The position numbers were made by a program, and so were the translations under genes. A stretch of DNA of 64,000 bases from Octopus bimaculoides. Lineage: Eukaryota. Below, piece after piece: positions 60,566 through 64,000 of this stretch. The stretch spans positions 15,403,234 through 15,467,233 of the forward strand of contig NC_068998.1 of assembly GCF_001194135.2 (NCBI RefSeq), given 5' to 3'. Each line of letters begins with the position of its first letter. Positions within the stretch are counted from its first letter, which is position 1. The notes beneath the pieces were generated by a model, which made no database searches, was not told the origin of the DNA, and was given only the letters and a program-made list of their open reading frames with translations.

Positions 60566-63500
60566 ATCTTCCTTTTTTATCTTTATCTTTTACTTGTTCA
60601 GTCATTTGAACTGCAGCCACGCTGGGGCGCACCACCTTGTATAGTTTTAGTGGAGCAAATCGACCCAGGACTTATTTTTTAAAGCCTAGTACTTATATTG
60701 GTCTCCTTTGCCGAACTGTTAAGTTATAAGAACATAAATACACCAACACCAGTTGTCATGCAGTGGAGGGAATTAGATACAAAGACACACACACACATAT
60801 GTATATGATGGACTTCTATAAGTTTCCATCTGCCAAGTTCACTCACAAAGCTTTGGTTGGCTCAAGGCCATAGTAGAAGACCCTTGGCCAATGTATCACA
60901 CAGTGGGACTCAACCTGAAACCACATGATTGGGAAGCAAGCTTCTTATCACACAGCCACACTTTACCTGTGTTTATATATATATATATATAGTCAAATTG
61001 AATAAATGAACTTTAAAAATAGCAAACACCAAGAGCCTGTGCACATGGGATGTGTTAATTTGACACTCAGTAAAAAGGGAGAATTTTTGGCATTTGGTAT
61101 ATAGCTCTTCATCGAAAAAGAAAAAAGTCCAAAGAAAGAAAAAAAATCACCAACAGCACATGTATAGTTACATTGCTGAAGTATGTATATATATATATAT
61201 ATATATTTGGTTCATGTTTTCATGAGCAAGGATTTAGAAAATTTGTATAATTTCTGTTCCTCTATGCTATTTCTCTCATATTTGACTGCACATTTATGGG
61301 AAAGCTATGTATTTCTCTCTTTGGCAAGATAACTCCTTGTCCTTCTATCATACTTGCATATCCCCCGTCAATACTTATATCCCATTCAGTTGAGGGATCT
61401 TGTCTTGCAGGTACTAGGTGACCTCACCAGTACAGGTGCCACAAAAAAAAAAAAAAAGCAGTTAGTACATTGTGAAGCTTTTGGCATTAGGAAGGACATC
61501 TAGCTGTAGAAGCTCTTCAAAAGCAGATGTGGAGCTTAGCACAGGCCTCTGGCTTCATCATTTTATATTAAACTGTCCAACTCATGCCAGTATGGCAAAA
61601 AGGGACGTTAAATGAAGCAGTTTTATTCCTTTTATTGCTACGGCTACTTTTCTTAATGATTATTCACCAATGTAAAATAATAGACCTATTGTGTAATTAA
61701 TCAACAGATAGCCTGGATATGTTTCCTTGGTGGACCACAAGCAAAACAAATGAAAGTGCATGGTTCAGTGGTTAGAGCATCGGGCTCACAATCATGAGAA
61801 AGTGAGTTCGATTCCTGGACTGGGCTGTGTGTTGTGTTCTTGAGCAACACACTTTATTTCACGTTGCTTCAGTTCACTCAGCTGTAGAAATGAGTTGTGA
61901 TGTTACTGGTGCCAAGCTGTACCGGCCTTTATCTTTCCCTTGGATAACATCAGTAGCTTGGGAGTTGGGAGGCTGGTATGCATGGGCGACTGCTGGTCTT
62001 CAATAAACAACCTTGCCTGGACTTGTGCGTTGGAGGGGAACCTTCTAGGTGCAATCCCATGGTCATTCATGACTAAAGGAGGTCTTTACCCTTTACAAGC
62101 AAAACAGCACTGTCAAGAAACCATTATTTATTTACAATCCAGCAAAAGTGAAGTTTATACAAACTCGCATAAACACACATACAGAGTTTCTTTCAGTTTC
62201 TCTATGTACTATACCTATAGACAAGGCTTTGGTTAGCCTGGGGCTATAGTAGAAGACACTCTTTAGCATACAGAATACTCTGTGAAATGTAATGGTTATG
62301 TATTCACAGTGTTTTGAATTAACTATGTATTATTTTGTATCTGTGAGATTTTGGTGAGGTAACTTTTAATTTTTAGAATGATGTAGGGTTTCAGTCATTA
62401 AACTGCAGCCATGCTGGGGCACCACCTTCAAGAATTTTAGTCAACCTACTTAATCCTACCACTTATTTTCTTTTTTTAAACCTGGTACTTATTCTATGTC
62501 TTTTTTGTTGAACTGCTAAGTTACAGTGAGGTAAACACACCAACTGTCAAGTGGTGGCAGGGGACAAACAGATACAAAGATATATATATATATATATACA
62601 ACAGGGACACTTCTTTTCAGAAATCATATGCTTCTAGCTACTTCCCTCCCTTGAAGTGAAATCAAGCTATAATTGGTAACATTACTGCATGCATATGTAA
62701 CAATAAAAGGCAGGTGAAAGCATACAAAATATAAATAAAAGAAAAAAAAACTTAGCCTTACACTGTTCAGTCTTCAAGCAATTTAATGTCAAAATAGGCA
62801 AAGATATACTGCGGATGTGACAACATATCAGAAGAAGAAAAAAAGCTTCAAATATTTTTTTTTCTGAATTTGTTAATTTATTCAAATATCTTCCACAGAG
62901 ATTTGAATACATTAAGTTATTGTTCAGAACACTTGGTATTTCAATGAAGTGTGTGCATGTGTATGTGAGACGGGAAACCCATTTTTAAACTAATTATAAA
63001 GACCAAACTCACAAATCTAATTAGTAACGAACTGTGCAATCGATTGGACTATCACTCAGATTTGTTCCAACTTATACAAAATGATTAAATAGTTCAACTG
63101 ATATTAACTGACTGCCACACAGATTGAAGCTTCTTCCAGCCTCATTTAAGAACAATGCATTTTCTTCCTGGTCATTCACTACCTATATATGCACACAAAT
63201 TCATTATGAACTAAACCAAATCTGATATTCTTATAGTGATGACTGGGATTATTAAATTTACTATCTTCCAGCCATAAAGCTATACATTATAAATCTTCCA
63301 TACATATATATATATGTATGTATATATATACATATATATATATATGTGTGTGTACGTATGTATATATGTATGTACGTATGTATGTCTATATACATGTGTG
63401 TGTGTTACATATATGTATATTTAAATAAAATCTACTTACACAAATGCATCAAGGGGAAGTAACGTTTTATTCAAAGTACATTGGATATAGATCTCAATTC

Positions 63501-64000
63501 AGCATATATATATGTATATATATATACACACACACACACATATATACATATATGTATGTGTGTGTATATATATATATTGTAATTATTACTTTTTCATGCC
63601 TCACTCACAACAAATATTCTTTGACTCAAACCAACCCAATGTCATGCAGAGCTGCCACTGATATCAACAGTTTTTTTTCTTCCCCTTTTCCATTCATCTC
63701 ACAACATTAAATGATATTACATAACATTATAACATATTTTGTCAATAATGAGAGGTAAAAAAAAAAAAAAAAAAAAACTAGTTTCAAACAATGCAGTAAA
63801 TAATTTTTAATCACATCCAAGAGGAAGATAAGGGGATGGGGGGGAAGAAGAGGAGGAGGAGGATCTATTATTGACCAATGTTCCAATTTTCACTTATTCA
63901 GAAAAAGATGAATAGCACTCTTTAAATATATGAGCAACTTTTTCTCCATATATGCAGGTGAGAGGATATATATATACATATATATCTATCTATATATATA

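Noticed and set aside
62640-63720. Unique sequence that might be the 3' UTR of a convergent downstream gene
   Set aside because: No ORF or splice site in the window supports it.
1-64000. CRISPR arrays, rRNA genes or prokaryotic operons
   Set aside because: None seen; this is intron-rich eukaryotic DNA and the periodic tracts are simple microsatellites.

Overview
AT-rich, microsatellite- and repeat-dense animal genomic DNA with eight N-gaps. The repeat landscape looks octopod, probably Octopus; this is inferred from repeat types and not proven. Two spliced protein-coding genes lie head-to-head. (1) USP8 on the minus strand: I traced 16 coding exons from the ATG at 33909 down to 176, giving 882 codons with consistent splice phases and GT-AG sites. 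They cover MIT, rhodanese, a WW domain, the 14-3-3 motif RSHSSP and the first part of the USP catalytic domain; the 3' end lies beyond the window start. (2) MYG1, a DHH-superfamily exoribonuclease, on the plus strand: 7 well-supported exons (53913-60565) plus a candidate first exon (52754-52854) encoding a mitochondrial-presequence-like N-terminus, 380 aa in total. The rest is four tRNA-type SINE families, RTE and R4/Dong-like LINE fragments, Tc1/mariner, piggyBac-like, hAT and Helitron/Helentron remnants. Best leads: two hammerhead-ribozyme-like motifs (one inside a perfect 45-bp inverted repeat), an apparently canonical WW domain in USP8, a candidate 46-nt poison exon, possible dual-targeting isoforms of MYG1, candidate non-coding minus-strand exons with a uORF between the genes, and a 5'-inverted RTE insertion. 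All coordinates were read by hand. Repeat boundaries are approximate and no database search was run.
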